32,000 nt of DNA from Candidatus Bathyarchaeia archaeon (GTDB lineage: Archaea > Thermoproteota > Bathyarchaeia > 40CM-2-53-6): contig JBEKVV010000002.1 of NCBI GenBank assembly GCA_049513715.1, forward strand, positions 165,548 through 197,547, given 5' to 3'. Of this stretch, positions 1-9,610 are shown piece after piece. How positions within the stretch are numbered: the stretch's first letter is position 1; every line of letters begins with the position of its first letter. Both the position numbers and the translations under genes were made by a program. Below the pieces are notes generated by a model. The model saw nothing but the letters and a program-made list of their open reading frames with translations, had not been told where the DNA came from and did not search any database.

Positions 1-803
1 GGATCAAAAGCGCGGTGGACGGAGTGGACTTGGTTTTCATTCTTGCAGGCATGGGTGGCGGAACCGGAGGAGGGGCAGCCCCAGTGGCTGCGGAACTTGC
101 CCGTGAAAGCGGTGCCCTTGTTGTAGGATTGGTGACGAAACCGTTCTTCCCTGAAAGAGTCGACTTGGCCGTGGATAGCCTTAGAGCTCTGCTGAGAACA
201 TGTGACACTGTAGTTCTAGTTGACAATCACGGCGCGGGGGCAGCATCGCATGCGCTACCCTTCCCGTTTGATCTGGATACTGCTGGGCAAACGACTTGTT
301 CACTAGTATCATCGATTACCCGCAGCTTTCACAATCCGAGCAGCTTAAGCTCCGACATTAGCGATCTTCGAGAAATGCTGAGGCAAGGCGGACTAGCGAA
401 GGCTGGTGTGAGCGACTGGTGCTCCTGCGGCGGCGTCGAAGAAGCGGCTCTGACAGCGATTAGGGATATTGTTCCTCACTGCGATCTTGCAAAGGTCGAT
501 GGTGTTTTCCTCGGCATATTGGGTGATGGTGGTCTTCACGAATCAGACCTCGCTCCAACTCTGGAATTGGTTTCTCGGAGGATTAATCCTGACGCTGACT
601 TTCTCTATGCGCATCATGTGGAACACGATGGGCTGGGGCTGACGAGAATCAGCCTTCTCGCCACGGGCGTTTCATTTCCGTACACTTGGGGTGGATACCG
701 GCGCGTTCCGGCTGAGATCTTTGAGATGGAGCCAGAATCTGGCAACGATGACCGCCTCAGCATTAAACTAGAAATGCCCCAGCTCGAGGCGTTATTAGAC
801 TAA
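1..803 (+). CDS. FtsZ/tubulin-family GTPase, divergent paralogue (5' end cut by window edge)
   Basis: The frame is open from base 3 ([33 protein letters not shown]...VTKPF). It carries the tubulin/FtsZ glycine signature GGGTGGG. The T7-loop region reads SSDISD rather than N-x-D-x-x-D, and the C-terminal half is poorly FtsZ-like. Confidence 0.75.
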   Translation, partial: IKSAVDGVDLVFILAGMGGGTGGGAAPVAAELARESGALVVGLVTKPFFPERVDLAVDSLRALLRTCDTVVLVDNHGAGAASHALPFPFDLDTAGQTTCSLVSSITRSFHNPSSLSSDISDLREMLRQGGLAKAGVSDWCSCGGVEEAALTAIRDIVPHCDLAKVDGVFLGILGDGGLHESDLAPTLELVSRRINPDADFLYAHHVEHDGLGLTRISLLATGVSFPYTWGGYRRVPAEIFEMEPESGNDDRLSIKLEMPQLEALLD

Positions 804-1426
804 GTGAACTTGAACTTCAGCTTACGCAACTTGTTAACTGCTGACGTTGCATGGCCTTCGGGACGCACTCGACCCATTCTAATCGCGCCAAGCACATCTT
901 TCACATCTCGACTTGTTGAATCCACGACCGTGTACGCGTCCCCAATTGATTGTGGTATGTGGGAATCGCTTCCACCCACTTGCGGGAGTCCTAACCTCCG
1001 CGCGTCCCTCTCAGCAAACCAGTTCGAAAGGTAAAACGAGAGCGCGTCCGCGTTCATGGTTTCAACCGCGTCCGGCATCACCTTCAATCGCGCCAGTTTA
1101 ACACACTCACATACGGGGTCGTATGGGTGAGGAACAATTGCGATGCCCCCAAGTTCATGGATCCTCGTAATGGTTTCATCCGCCGTAAGCCCCGGTGGAA
1201 CAGCTTCTCCAACCCCGAGTCCTATGACATGGCCGTCGCTGGTGCTCACTTCAATACCGGGTAGAATAAGGGCGTCAACTTTCGGCGGGTCAAAGTTATC
1301 GTGCTCAGTGACGGCTACGCCGTCCAATCCTTTTCGTCTGATTATGCCCGGCAAGTCCTCAATTTTCGTGTGCGCATCCTTTGAGCGAATCGTGTGAACG
1401 TGCATGTCAATCTTCAGAAGTGGCAT
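800..1426 (-). CDS. PHP-domain metal-dependent phosphoesterase
   Basis: The N-terminal motif IDMHVHTIRSKDA, followed by VAVTEHDN, VPHP and GGSDSH, matches the His/Asp ligand pattern of the PHP (polymerase/histidinol-phosphatase) fold. The stop codon overlaps the convergent FtsZ-like gene. Confidence 0.8.
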   Translation of the reverse strand: MPLLKIDMHVHTIRSKDAHTKIEDLPGIIRRKGLDGVAVTEHDNFDPPKVDALILPGIEVSTSDGHVIGLGVGEAVPPGLTADETITRIHELGGIAIVPHPYDPVCECVKLARLKVMPDAVETMNADALSFYLSNWFAERDARRLGLPQVGGSDSHIPQSIGDAYTVVDSTSRDVKDVLGAIRMGRVRPEGHATSAVNKLRKLKFKFT

Positions 1427-1435
1427 TATCCGACC

Positions 1436-3091
1436 TCACTTGACCGCGGGAACGGACACCTTATGGAAGAGTGGTTTGGCTTCACCGATCATGTGGCCCG
1501 GTTTCAGGTTCAGTTTTCCTGCGTTCCACCACTTCCCAGATTCTTCGTCTAGGTTGAGTTGTTTCGTGATTTGCTCTGCGGTTTCAGGCAAGAAAGGTGA
1601 AATTAGAATCCCTATTGTGTGGACTAATTGGATGGCAAGATAGAGGGTTGTGGCTGTCTTCGTTTGGTCTTTCTTTATCAGGTGCCACGGTTCGCGTTCG
1701 CTAAGATACTGATTCCCGGTTCTCGCCAGCCCGATTATCGCAGCCAAAGCCACCTTCAGTTGGAATTGGTCGAGGAGCGAGTTGACCTTTGTCGGCGTGG
1801 CCTCGATCTCTTTCTTGAGGGCTTCGTCCTTCTCGTCAAAGCCGTGAGGCTCGGGTACTTTCGATTCGAAGGATCTGTTGATGAATGTGAGAGTACGGTG
1901 TACGAAGTTCCCAAGCACATCATTCAGTTCGCTGTTCACATGTGCTTCAAAATCCCTCCACGTGAAGTTTGCGTCACGCGCTTCGGGTCTTATTGCCATA
2001 AGCACATACCTCCAATACTCTCCTGGCGCGACCTTCAATGCGTCATCTATCCATACGCCAATTTGCTTGCTCTTCGAGAACTTCTGCCCATCGAATAGTA
2101 TGAATTCCGTTGAGGATACTTGCCACGGAAGAACATAGTCCTCGTGCGTGGCGAGTAGAAGCGCGGGAAATATGATCACGTGGAAAGGAATGTTGTCCTT
2201 CCCGATGAAATGCACGTTCCTCGTTGCTTTGTCAAACCAAAAATCCTTCCACGCTTCTGGCTTACCTGATTTCTCAGCCCATTCAATTGAGGCGGAAACA
2301 TAGCCCAGAACCGCCTCGAGCCAAACGTAAATGGTCTTTCCTTCCGCGCCCGGAAACGGTGCGGGGATTCCCCATTTATTGTCGCGCGTTAGAGCCCGTG
2401 GTTTCAACCCTTCCTCAAGCCATCGAAGGGAGAAATTTCGAGCATTTTCGGGAAGTTGCTTGTTGTTTTGGACGCTGTCCAACAGTTTGTCCCGGAACTT
2501 TGGGAGGTCGAAGAACCAGTGAGTGGACGTCTTCACGGTTGGTGTTGTCCCGCAGAAAACGCACTTGGAAGTTTTCAACTCAAGGGGATCTAGCACGCGC
2601 CCGCAGGAGTCGCATTGGTCTCCTCGGGCTTGCTCGAAACCACAGAAGGGGCATGTGCCTTCAACGAACCTGTCCGGAAGAAACCTTTGGTCCTTCTCGC
2701 AGTACGGCAGATTCACGTTTTCAGTGTACACGTACCCGTTCTGGTAGGCCTTCTTGTAGAGGTCTTGAGTGAATCGAATATGGACGGGATTTTCTGTTCG
2801 CGTGTAGTTGTCGAACCGTATGTTGTAGGCTTCGAGTAGCCTGCATATCTCGCTATGAATCCCGTCCGTTAGTTGCTTCGGCGGTATGCCCCTTTTGATG
2901 GCTTCCACTTCAATTGGGGTTCCATGCTCATCGGAGCCTGTAACCGCTATAACCTGTTCCCCTTTCAAGCGGAGGTACCTGGAGTAGACATCGGCGCTGA
3001 CAAGATGCAGGAACGTGCCAAGGTGCGGAACAGAGTTAACGTAGGGCCAGGCAGCGTTTACAATCCATTTTCCCATCGAAGCTCCCTCCAA
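1436..3091 (-). CDS. metG: methionyl-tRNA synthetase
   Basis: Class I signatures are present: a HIGH-type motif (VPHLGT) and a KMSKS-type motif (KFSKSK). Zinc knuckles CPFCG/CDSCG and CVFCG are also present, and length and order are typical of archaeal MetRS. An alternative start is the ATG at 3076 (MGKWIV). Confidence 0.93.
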   Translation of the reverse strand: MEGASMGKWIVNAAWPYVNSVPHLGTFLHLVSADVYSRYLRLKGEQVIAVTGSDEHGTPIEVEAIKRGIPPKQLTDGIHSEICRLLEAYNIRFDNYTRTENPVHIRFTQDLYKKAYQNGYVYTENVNLPYCEKDQRFLPDRFVEGTCPFCGFEQARGDQCDSCGRVLDPLELKTSKCVFCGTTPTVKTSTHWFFDLPKFRDKLLDSVQNNKQLPENARNFSLRWLEEGLKPRALTRDNKWGIPAPFPGAEGKTIYVWLEAVLGYVSASIEWAEKSGKPEAWKDFWFDKATRNVHFIGKDNIPFHVIIFPALLLATHEDYVLPWQVSSTEFILFDGQKFSKSKQIGVWIDDALKVAPGEYWRYVLMAIRPEARDANFTWRDFEAHVNSELNDVLGNFVHRTLTFINRSFESKVPEPHGFDEKDEALKKEIEATPTKVNSLLDQFQLKVALAAIIGLARTGNQYLSEREPWHLIKKDQTKTATTLYLAIQLVHTIGILISPFLPETAEQITKQLNLDEESGKWWNAGKLNLKPGHMIGEAKPLFHKVSVPAVK

Positions 3092-3223
3092 GAGGCTGAA
3101 TCCATAGGTGGAGCCTCCTTGGTTCTATAACGTTGTTCTTGGTTTCGATTGGTTTCTTCTTTCCAAGCGGAAAAAGGGAACTGACAAATAGGGCCCTGCA
3201 AATGCTGTTCTCGGAAATCAAAC

Positions 3224-3634
3224 TTGAGTGTAGATTACGCTAAGCTGCTGGACAGAGCATACGAGAAGTTGCCAGCCGTAGTGGGTACTGGGGAGAGATT
3301 TGAGATTCCGAAGGTAGTAGGGATCAGGATGGGTAGGCGAACTATCCTCCAAAATTTCGGTGAGATAAGCAGCAGAATAAACAGGGACCCACACCACTTG
3401 CTGAAATTCCTTTCAAAGGAGCTGGCCACAGCAGCATCATTAGACGGTGCTAGGGCGATCTTCCAAGGAAGATTCGATGTTCAAACAGTAACACGCCTTT
3501 TGGGCATCTACGCGCAACGGTACGTCATATGCCCCATTTGTAGGCGGCCGGACACCAAGATTGAGAAGGAGGGCCGCTATCTGTTTCTTAGATGCGAAGC
3601 CTGCGGCGCTAGGTCGTCAATACTCCAAACCTGA
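3224..3634 (+). CDS. translation initiation factor aIF2 beta subunit
   Basis: YAKLLDRAYEKLP, RFEIPK, NRDPHHLLKFLSKELAT and a C-terminal zinc ribbon CPICRRPDT...CEACG. The start is TTG; the next in-frame Met would remove the conserved N-terminus. Confidence 0.9.
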   Translation: MSVDYAKLLDRAYEKLPAVVGTGERFEIPKVVGIRMGRRTILQNFGEISSRINRDPHHLLKFLSKELATAASLDGARAIFQGRFDVQTVTRLLGIYAQRYVICPICRRPDTKIEKEGRYLFLRCEACGARSSILQT

Positions 3635-3648
3635 GAAAGTGCAGCCTC

Positions 3649-3948
3649 GTGAGCGGAGTCTTTCTCCGAGTCTTCAATGGCCCAGACCACACACTCGTTG
3701 CAGCATGCGACGCAGAACTGCTGGGGGAGACATTCAAAGAGGGAAAGCTCAAGCTCGAAGTGAAAGAGGGCTTCTACAAAGGCATCCAGACCAGCATCCC
3801 AGACGCTCTTCGCGCCATCGACGAAGCAGACATCGCCAACCTCGTAGGGAAGGCAATCATTGAAGCTGCCGTAAGGGAGAGACTGGTTGACCCATCCGCA
3901 GTTGCCCATATCGGCGGCGTTCCACACGTGCAGATCGTTCGAATGTGA
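3649..3948 (+). CDS. DUF424-like small conserved archaeal protein
   Basis: The pattern LVAACDAELLGETFKEGKLKLEV...FYKG...GGVPHVQIV matches my memory of the DUF424 family, which commonly follows aIF2-beta. Function is unknown. Confidence 0.65.
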   Translation: MSGVFLRVFNGPDHTLVAACDAELLGETFKEGKLKLEVKEGFYKGIQTSIPDALRAIDEADIANLVGKAIIEAAVRERLVDPSAVAHIGGVPHVQIVRM

Positions 3949-4023
3949 CCAGATGCCGTATCCAATCTACTACGCTTATTTACTCTAACCCAATATTCAG
4001 CGTAACTTAACGTCGGTGAAAGA

Positions 4024-4329
4024 TTGGGGAAGAAGAAGGTTCTGAGTGAGGGCGACCTCCGAGAGATGGTTATGCCTGGCGAGGGGCAGATGCTGGGGAT
4101 TGTAACTCAAATGCTCGGATACGACCGGCTCATGGTCAAATGTGGCGACGGTCACGAAAGGGTTTGCCGGATCAGGGGTAAGATGAAACGTCGGGTCTGG
4201 ATCAAGATTGGGGATGTTGTTTTGATGGCTCCATGGGACTTCCAAACAGACAGCAGAGGAGATATTCTTTGGCGATATACGGAAAGCCAGGCAAACTGGC
4301 TTCGCAGCAAAGGGCAACTCGCGGTCTAG
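4024..4329 (+). CDS. eif1a: translation initiation factor aIF1A
   Basis: S1-like OB core: PGEGQMLGIVTQMLGYDRLMVKCGDGHERVCRIRGKMKRRVWIKIGDVVLMAPWDFQ...GDILWRY. TTG start. Confidence 0.9.
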   Translation: MGKKKVLSEGDLREMVMPGEGQMLGIVTQMLGYDRLMVKCGDGHERVCRIRGKMKRRVWIKIGDVVLMAPWDFQTDSRGDILWRYTESQANWLRSKGQLAV

Positions 4330-4352
4330 CAATCTGTCAATGACTTCGAGGG

Positions 4353-5159
4353 TTGGTTAAAGTGGAGTCCACAGCTGAGCGGAAGCTACGTAGAAAGGTA
4401 GTTCACTACGAAGTCAAACGATTGATGAGGGAAAAACGCAGCGAGGAAATGGAATCCCTTGAGGAAGTCTTCGACCGGTCAACCTTGATGATTGTCTACC
4501 GTCTCCTAAACCGTGGCTACATCAAGAACATCAATGGAGTCGTGCGGTCGGGGAAAGAGGCTAGGATATACTGGGGAATGGGCCGTCGACACAAACTAGT
4601 AGCGATAAAGATTTTCTTAACTACGTCCCACCAGTTCAAGAAGGGCAGAATGATGTACATTCAGGGAGACCAAAGGTTCAGGAGCACAAGGAAGGATACG
4701 CGGTCCCTTGTGAACCTCTGGGCATTGAAAGAATTCAGGAATCTTCAACAGGCTCAGTATGCGAAGGTTAACGTGCCGGTTCCCCTGAAGGTCGAAGGAA
4801 ACGTTCTGTTGATGGGGTTCATTGGTAGAAATGGAGTTCCCGCCCCGCTCTTGAGGGAATCCCCACTGGACCATCCGGGTAGGGTTTATGACAAGATTGC
4901 CGAATCTATCAAGAAACTCTATCAGAAGGCACACCTAGTCCACGGTGACCTAAGTGAGTACAACATCATGATGGTTGATTCGGACCCACTCTTCTTCGAC
5001 TTCGCGCAAGCTGTTCCCCCAGAGCATCCCATGGCACGGCAGTTCCTCGAAAGAGACCTCATCCGAATGAACGAGTATTTCACGAAAATTGGTGTGACGG
5101 TTGTTCCGATGGAGAGACTGGTTCCTTGGGTGACTGGTGAAGATGGAAACGAAAGTTAG
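4353..5159 (+). CDS. rio1: RIO-type serine protein kinase (Rio1-like)
   Basis: EEVFDRSTLMIVYRLLNRGYI...GVVRSGKEARIY (the ATP-binding STGKEA-type motif) and a catalytic-loop LVHGDLSEYNIM. It lacks the N-terminal wHTH of Rio2. It sits in the conserved aIF1A-Rio-KH gene order. Confidence 0.88.
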   Translation: MVKVESTAERKLRRKVVHYEVKRLMREKRSEEMESLEEVFDRSTLMIVYRLLNRGYIKNINGVVRSGKEARIYWGMGRRHKLVAIKIFLTTSHQFKKGRMMYIQGDQRFRSTRKDTRSLVNLWALKEFRNLQQAQYAKVNVPVPLKVEGNVLLMGFIGRNGVPAPLLRESPLDHPGRVYDKIAESIKKLYQKAHLVHGDLSEYNIMMVDSDPLFFDFAQAVPPEHPMARQFLERDLIRMNEYFTKIGVTVVPMERLVPWVTGEDGNES

Positions 5160-5715
5160 CGCCATGATCCCCCTTGAACGACTAGGGGTACTGATCGGAA
5201 AGGAAGGTTCAACGAAAAGCAAAATCGAGCACGCCTTCAACTCACATCTCCAAGTCCAGAGCGAGAGCGGCGTCGTAGACATAGTCCCGAAAGAGAATTC
5301 CGAAGACCCAACCACAGTCCTACGAGCAAGAGACGTGGTGCTCGCAATCGCACGCGGTTTCTCACCTGAACGAGCGTTGAAACTCGTGGACGACGACATC
5401 GTTCTGGACATCATCGACCTTCGGGAAACGTTTGGGAGAAACGAACGCGACATCGCTCGCCTGAAGGGTCGAGTGATTGGGCGCGAAGGAAAGATTCGCA
5501 GGTTAATAGAAGAGATGACTAGTGCGCGGGTCTCGGTTTATGGCCACACGATCTCAATGATCGGCGTCTATGAGGACGTCACTGCCGCGAGGGAAGCAAT
5601 AGAAATGTTGCTCAAGGGCAAACAACATTCCACCGTGTACAAACTCCTTAGAAAGATAAAAAGCGAAAGCAAAAAGCGAGAAACCCTTGAACTCTGGCAG
5701 AAACCACCAACATGA
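5137..5715 (+). CDS. KH-domain RNA-binding protein (Dim2/Pno1-like)
   Basis: Two KH-like GxxG segments (LIGKEGSTKSKIE and VIGREGKIRRLIEE). Its position directly after the RIO kinase is typical of archaea. The start is uncertain; it overlaps the RIO gene's 3' end by 23 nt. Confidence 0.75.
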   Translation: MKMETKVSAMIPLERLGVLIGKEGSTKSKIEHAFNSHLQVQSESGVVDIVPKENSEDPTTVLRARDVVLAIARGFSPERALKLVDDDIVLDIIDLRETFGRNERDIARLKGRVIGREGKIRRLIEEMTSARVSVYGHTISMIGVYEDVTAAREAIEMLLKGKQHSTVYKLLRKIKSESKKRETLELWQKPPT

Positions 5716-5772
5716 CAGTCAGCAACCACCATCAGCTTTATTCCAGATGCCCGAGAATGTAGGCGAACCCTG

Positions 5773-7323
5773 ATGTCCCTTCAAGAAGTATTCCAAGAAA
5801 TATCCGCGGCAGACTTCTTCTACCGAAACAGGGACATTGCCGGATTCACAAACCCATCCAGAGCGATTTACTCCACCATTCGTGAACTCGTTGAGAATTC
5901 TTTAGACGCCTGCGAACTTCGACAGATACCCCCGGACATCTACCTGCGCGTCGCCCATGAAGCTGGTCCAACGGACGGCCCGGGAACTTACAGAATTCAC
6001 ATCGAGGACAATGGGATAGGAATCCCACACGATATCATACCCTCAGCATTCGGCCAAGTCCTTTTCGGCTCGAAGTACAAACTCCGTCAGACCCGAGGGA
6101 CATTCGGCTTGGGCGGAAAGATGGCCATCCTCTATGGTCAGATTACAACTCATGGAATTGCAACAATAATGTCCAGCACAGGGCACACAAAGATCCACCA
6201 ATACGACTTGACAATCGACATTCAGAAGAACAAACCCGACATAATCAGACACAAAACACACCCGAACGAAAACCGCTGGCACGGAACTGTCATTGAATTC
6301 TCCACTGAGGCCGATTACACGCGGGCGATGTCCAAGATTCTCGATTACTTGATGGAAACCGCGATCGTGGCTCCTTATGCAACAATAACCTACGTTGACC
6401 CCAGGGGTAGGTTGTACAGGTTCGAGCGGGCCACGACCCAAATGCCGAAACCACCGCATGAAACCCTGCCCCACCCGTATGGGGTAGATGTTGAAACAAT
6501 GAAACGGCTCATCGACCTAACGCAAGAGCGCACCATGGTCGGGTTCATGAAAACACACTTTCACCGGGTTGGAAGAACGATTGCCACCGCTTTCCTGCAA
6601 CAGGTCGAAGTTGCCGGCAAGAAGAACCCGAAGAAGCTAGAACCGGAAGAAATCGTCCGCATCGTAAACGCGATGAAAAGCTACAAGTTTCTGGCTCCAG
6701 ACGCGAGCTGTCTATCACCGCTCGGTGAGGAATTGCTTGAGGCTGGGATAAAGAAAGAACTCTCACCGGAATTCGTGGCTGTTTATCAAAGGAAACCATC
6801 TGCCTACGCGGGTTTTCCGTTCATTGTGGAGGTGGGAGTAGCCTACGGAGGACAAATCCAGGCCGGAACAGGCATTAAGCTCTATAGGTTCGCGAACAAA
6901 ATCCCGCTTCTCTTTGATGAGGCAAGTGATGTCTCATGGAAGGTTGTCAGCACTGAGATTGACTGGCGGCATTACAAGGCCAGCGCCGACATGCCAATCG
7001 CGGTCTTCGTTCACATTTGCTCTACGAAGGTTCCCTACAAGACTGTGGGGAAGGAGTTCATAGCCGACAGGCCAGACGTTGAGCGAGAGGTCCTTAACGC
7101 CGTTCGCGAGGTCGCGCGCCGCCTCTCACTTTTCCTATCCAAGAAAATTCACTTGGCGCACGACAAGCATAGGCTTGATGTTTTCCAGAAATACCTCCCG
7201 AAAATAGCCGAATTCTCCGCCAAACTCTCCAAGAAGGGTAAGCCGCCTGATGTGTCACCGTTACTGAGGAGTGTGTTAAGGTATGAAAAAGAAGAAGACG
7301 AAGACAAGCAAGACACAGAGTAG
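5773..7323 (+). CDS. top6B: DNA topoisomerase VI subunit B
   Basis: GHKL/Bergerat ATPase boxes are present: ELVENSLDA, DNGIGI and GTFGLGG. The N-terminus DFFYRNRDIAGF is typical of Top6B, and top6A follows. Confidence 0.93.
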   Translation: MSLQEVFQEISAADFFYRNRDIAGFTNPSRAIYSTIRELVENSLDACELRQIPPDIYLRVAHEAGPTDGPGTYRIHIEDNGIGIPHDIIPSAFGQVLFGSKYKLRQTRGTFGLGGKMAILYGQITTHGIATIMSSTGHTKIHQYDLTIDIQKNKPDIIRHKTHPNENRWHGTVIEFSTEADYTRAMSKILDYLMETAIVAPYATITYVDPRGRLYRFERATTQMPKPPHETLPHPYGVDVETMKRLIDLTQERTMVGFMKTHFHRVGRTIATAFLQQVEVAGKKNPKKLEPEEIVRIVNAMKSYKFLAPDASCLSPLGEELLEAGIKKELSPEFVAVYQRKPSAYAGFPFIVEVGVAYGGQIQAGTGIKLYRFANKIPLLFDEASDVSWKVVSTEIDWRHYKASADMPIAVFVHICSTKVPYKTVGKEFIADRPDVEREVLNAVREVARRLSLFLSKKIHLAHDKHRLDVFQKYLPKIAEFSAKLSKKGKPPDVSPLLRSVLRYEKEEDEDKQDTE

Positions 7324-8389
7324 AGTCAAGCAAAGACAGCAACTAGTGCTGTCTAGCCTAAGAAACCTCGGAGAGGAATGGTATTCCCAACTTACCCATA
7401 AGCAATGGCCCTGGGTACGTATGCCCAGCCGTTCGATAAACAACATCCGCTATGACCAGAAGGTTAGACAGTATGTACTCGGGGAGAACTACGTTCGACG
7501 GAGCGCCCGAAACATCAGGCACATACGCCCCTTGACGCAACTGGTCTGGACCGGGTCATTCGTGGACGAACTAACACAGCAGGGGAAGACTTCCACTCTG
7601 CGAGACGTGTTCTACTCAGCGCAGGCATATGACATGAGCTTCGCGGATCAGGCTGAGAGCGACGACATTATCACGGACTTGGAGACGGTGCTGGGTTATG
7701 CCCGAGAGGACTTCAATGTGTACCCGGAAGAGCGCAGTGCAATTTTCGGCGACTTAACGATCCAATACACGGTTCGAGGTTATGAAGGGAAAAGGCTCAA
7801 CCTCGCTTCCCACCCTGATGGCATGATGATTGGCCCCGCATTGACGAACTCGGAATTCGTGGATTGCAAAGCCGACAAGATCATTGCCATAGAGAAAGGC
7901 GGCCTGTTCACGCGTTTCATTGAGGAGGGGGTTCACGAGAAGTACAAGGCCCTACTGATTCACACTGCTGGCCAAGCGCCTCGTGCAACTAGGGCGTTGA
8001 TCAGAAGAATGAGCCAAGAGCTGAAAATACCCGTCTACATATTTTGCGACGCCGACCCATGGGGCATGCACATCGCAAACGTTATAATTTCCGGCTCAGC
8101 CAACGCGGCACACCTGCGAGAACTGAACACGCCCGACGCGAAATGGGCGGGGGTTTATGCATCGGACATCGTCGACTACAAACTCCCTAGCGACCCGCTG
8201 ACTGACCTTGACATAAAGAGACTCTATGAGCTCCAGAAGGATCCAAGGTACAATTCACAACTCTGGAAGGACGAGATTGACACATTCCTCAAAGTCAAAC
8301 GCAAATCCGAGCAAGAAGCTTTCAGCCGATACGGTCTCGCATTCATAGTGGACAAGTACTTGCCCGCAAGGTTGAAAGAGCTAGGCTGA
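7283..8389 (+). CDS. top6A: DNA topoisomerase VI subunit A (Spo11 homologue)
   Basis: The catalytic Tyr context is TLRDVFYSA. Toprim motifs are IAIEKGG and FCDADPWGMHI. The start is ambiguous: the ATG at 7283 overlaps top6B by 41 nt, and an alternative GTG lies at 7346. Confidence 0.92.
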   Translation: MKKKKTKTSKTQSRVKQRQQLVLSSLRNLGEEWYSQLTHKQWPWVRMPSRSINNIRYDQKVRQYVLGENYVRRSARNIRHIRPLTQLVWTGSFVDELTQQGKTSTLRDVFYSAQAYDMSFADQAESDDIITDLETVLGYAREDFNVYPEERSAIFGDLTIQYTVRGYEGKRLNLASHPDGMMIGPALTNSEFVDCKADKIIAIEKGGLFTRFIEEGVHEKYKALLIHTAGQAPRATRALIRRMSQELKIPVYIFCDADPWGMHIANVIISGSANAAHLRELNTPDAKWAGVYASDIVDYKLPSDPLTDLDIKRLYELQKDPRYNSQLWKDEIDTFLKVKRKSEQEAFSRYGLAFIVDKYLPARLKELG

Positions 8390-8410
8390 GACGAAACATC
8401 CCTCGTCTGG

Positions 8411-9448
8411 TCAAGGGTTGCCGTCCGGGCCCGTATCAATGAGGCTCCCATCATCAGAGACTTTGTAAGGCCTCCAAGTGCTGAGATGCTTCGCGCCAAC
8501 CATCTTAAGCACTCGTAGCGATCGCTCAGCGCCACTCTGAGTTTCTTCCATCTTCAGCTCAATCACCCCTTCAGCGACGTCTTGAGCCGACGCGACAACT
8601 GCTGGATGGAACGCCTTCCTGTTCATGGTCAGGAGGCTTAGGCACTTCGCTTGGCGGCTACGGGCGACGAGGACGCGGAGGAATTCAATAGCTGAGTGGC
8701 CACCCCTCTTCCGAATTAGAGTGTTGAAAGAGTCGATTACGATCATTGAGATTGCTCTCTTGCTCATTATGTCGGAGAGGGCGATGTTGATTCCCGTGAG
8801 GTTGTCGGGCTCAACTGCTTGCTCTTCCTCGCTTTCAACACCAACCGTCCTCGAGTAGCAGTCCACGAAGAATAACGATCCCCAACCTGGGGTGTCCTTA
8901 GACATATAGAATTGGAAAGATTGGCGAACGTTGGCTGGGAAATTATCTAGAGTAACGTACGCAATCGACTTCCCCGCTTCCATTTGTTGGGCTACGAAAT
9001 GCGCCAATAGATGTTCCTCCCCTGCCCCCGGGTCGCTAAGAATCAAGATCGTGTTCACAGATGGTAATCCGTCTGGAAGCACGTCGTCCAATATCTTAAG
9101 TCCAGTTGGCATCTTAGGAATTTGAACAGCCGATGCCTTTGAGGCCTCTGCTTGGATGCTCTCTGGAAGTTCTCCGAGTGCTAGTTGTTTTGATATGGCG
9201 TCTTGGATTTCCTTATCCCTGTCTACCCCGAAAGAAAAGACTTCGACTTTTCTCAGGATACCGAGTTCTACTAGGTCCTCTAGCTCTCGTTGGGCCTCGG
9301 TGGCGTTTCGCCCAATTCTCTTAGCAAGTCCCTCCGAGGTATCGGCCAGGTGCGCGTTATTATGGAATAGCGTCAACAGATCTGCTTTCACGTCTGAATC
9401 CAATAACCGCTCGAAGAGTTTCATTGAGCGCTTCATGTCAGGCAGCAC
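8411..9448 (-). CDS. wHTH + KaiC/RecA-like domain protein with degenerate Walker A
   Basis: The N-terminal ~75 aa look like a winged helix (LAKRIGRNATEAQRELEDLVELGILRK). The C-terminal domain has KaiC/RadA-like topology with a Walker B-like MIVIDSF. The P-loop position reads SDPGAGEEH, with no Lys-Thr/Ser. A likely alternative start is the ATG at 9436. Confidence 0.6.
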   Translation of the reverse strand: MLPDMKRSMKLFERLLDSDVKADLLTLFHNNAHLADTSEGLAKRIGRNATEAQRELEDLVELGILRKVEVFSFGVDRDKEIQDAISKQLALGELPESIQAEASKASAVQIPKMPTGLKILDDVLPDGLPSVNTILILSDPGAGEEHLLAHFVAQQMEAGKSIAYVTLDNFPANVRQSFQFYMSKDTPGWGSLFFVDCYSRTVGVESEEEQAVEPDNLTGINIALSDIMSKRAISMIVIDSFNTLIRKRGGHSAIEFLRVLVARSRQAKCLSLLTMNRKAFHPAVVASAQDVAEGVIELKMEETQSGAERSLRVLKMVGAKHLSTWRPYKVSDDGSLIDTGPDGNP

Positions 9449-9610
9449 CTAGCTTAAGATTGACAGGCTATCTATGGGAAGCAAGAGGCTCTTTTCGAGT
9501 TACTTTAATCTGATGGGCGACGTGAAGTCGCGGGTACGCGTTTGAGGCCAAACAGGCGGCCGCAACGTGCGGTTCTGAATATGTTCTGTTGCACCCGAAG
9601 CGGTTCTGGG

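Noticed and set aside
2224-2772. Large antisense ORFs inside confident genes (e.g. 2224-2772 in metG, 11626-12201 in TrmB, 15273-15791 in the CBS gene, 20529-20960, 23991-24335, 28385-28834).
   Set aside because: They are shadow ORFs opposite strongly recognisable coding frames. Their products are low-complexity (Arg/Ser/Pro-rich) and have no motifs.
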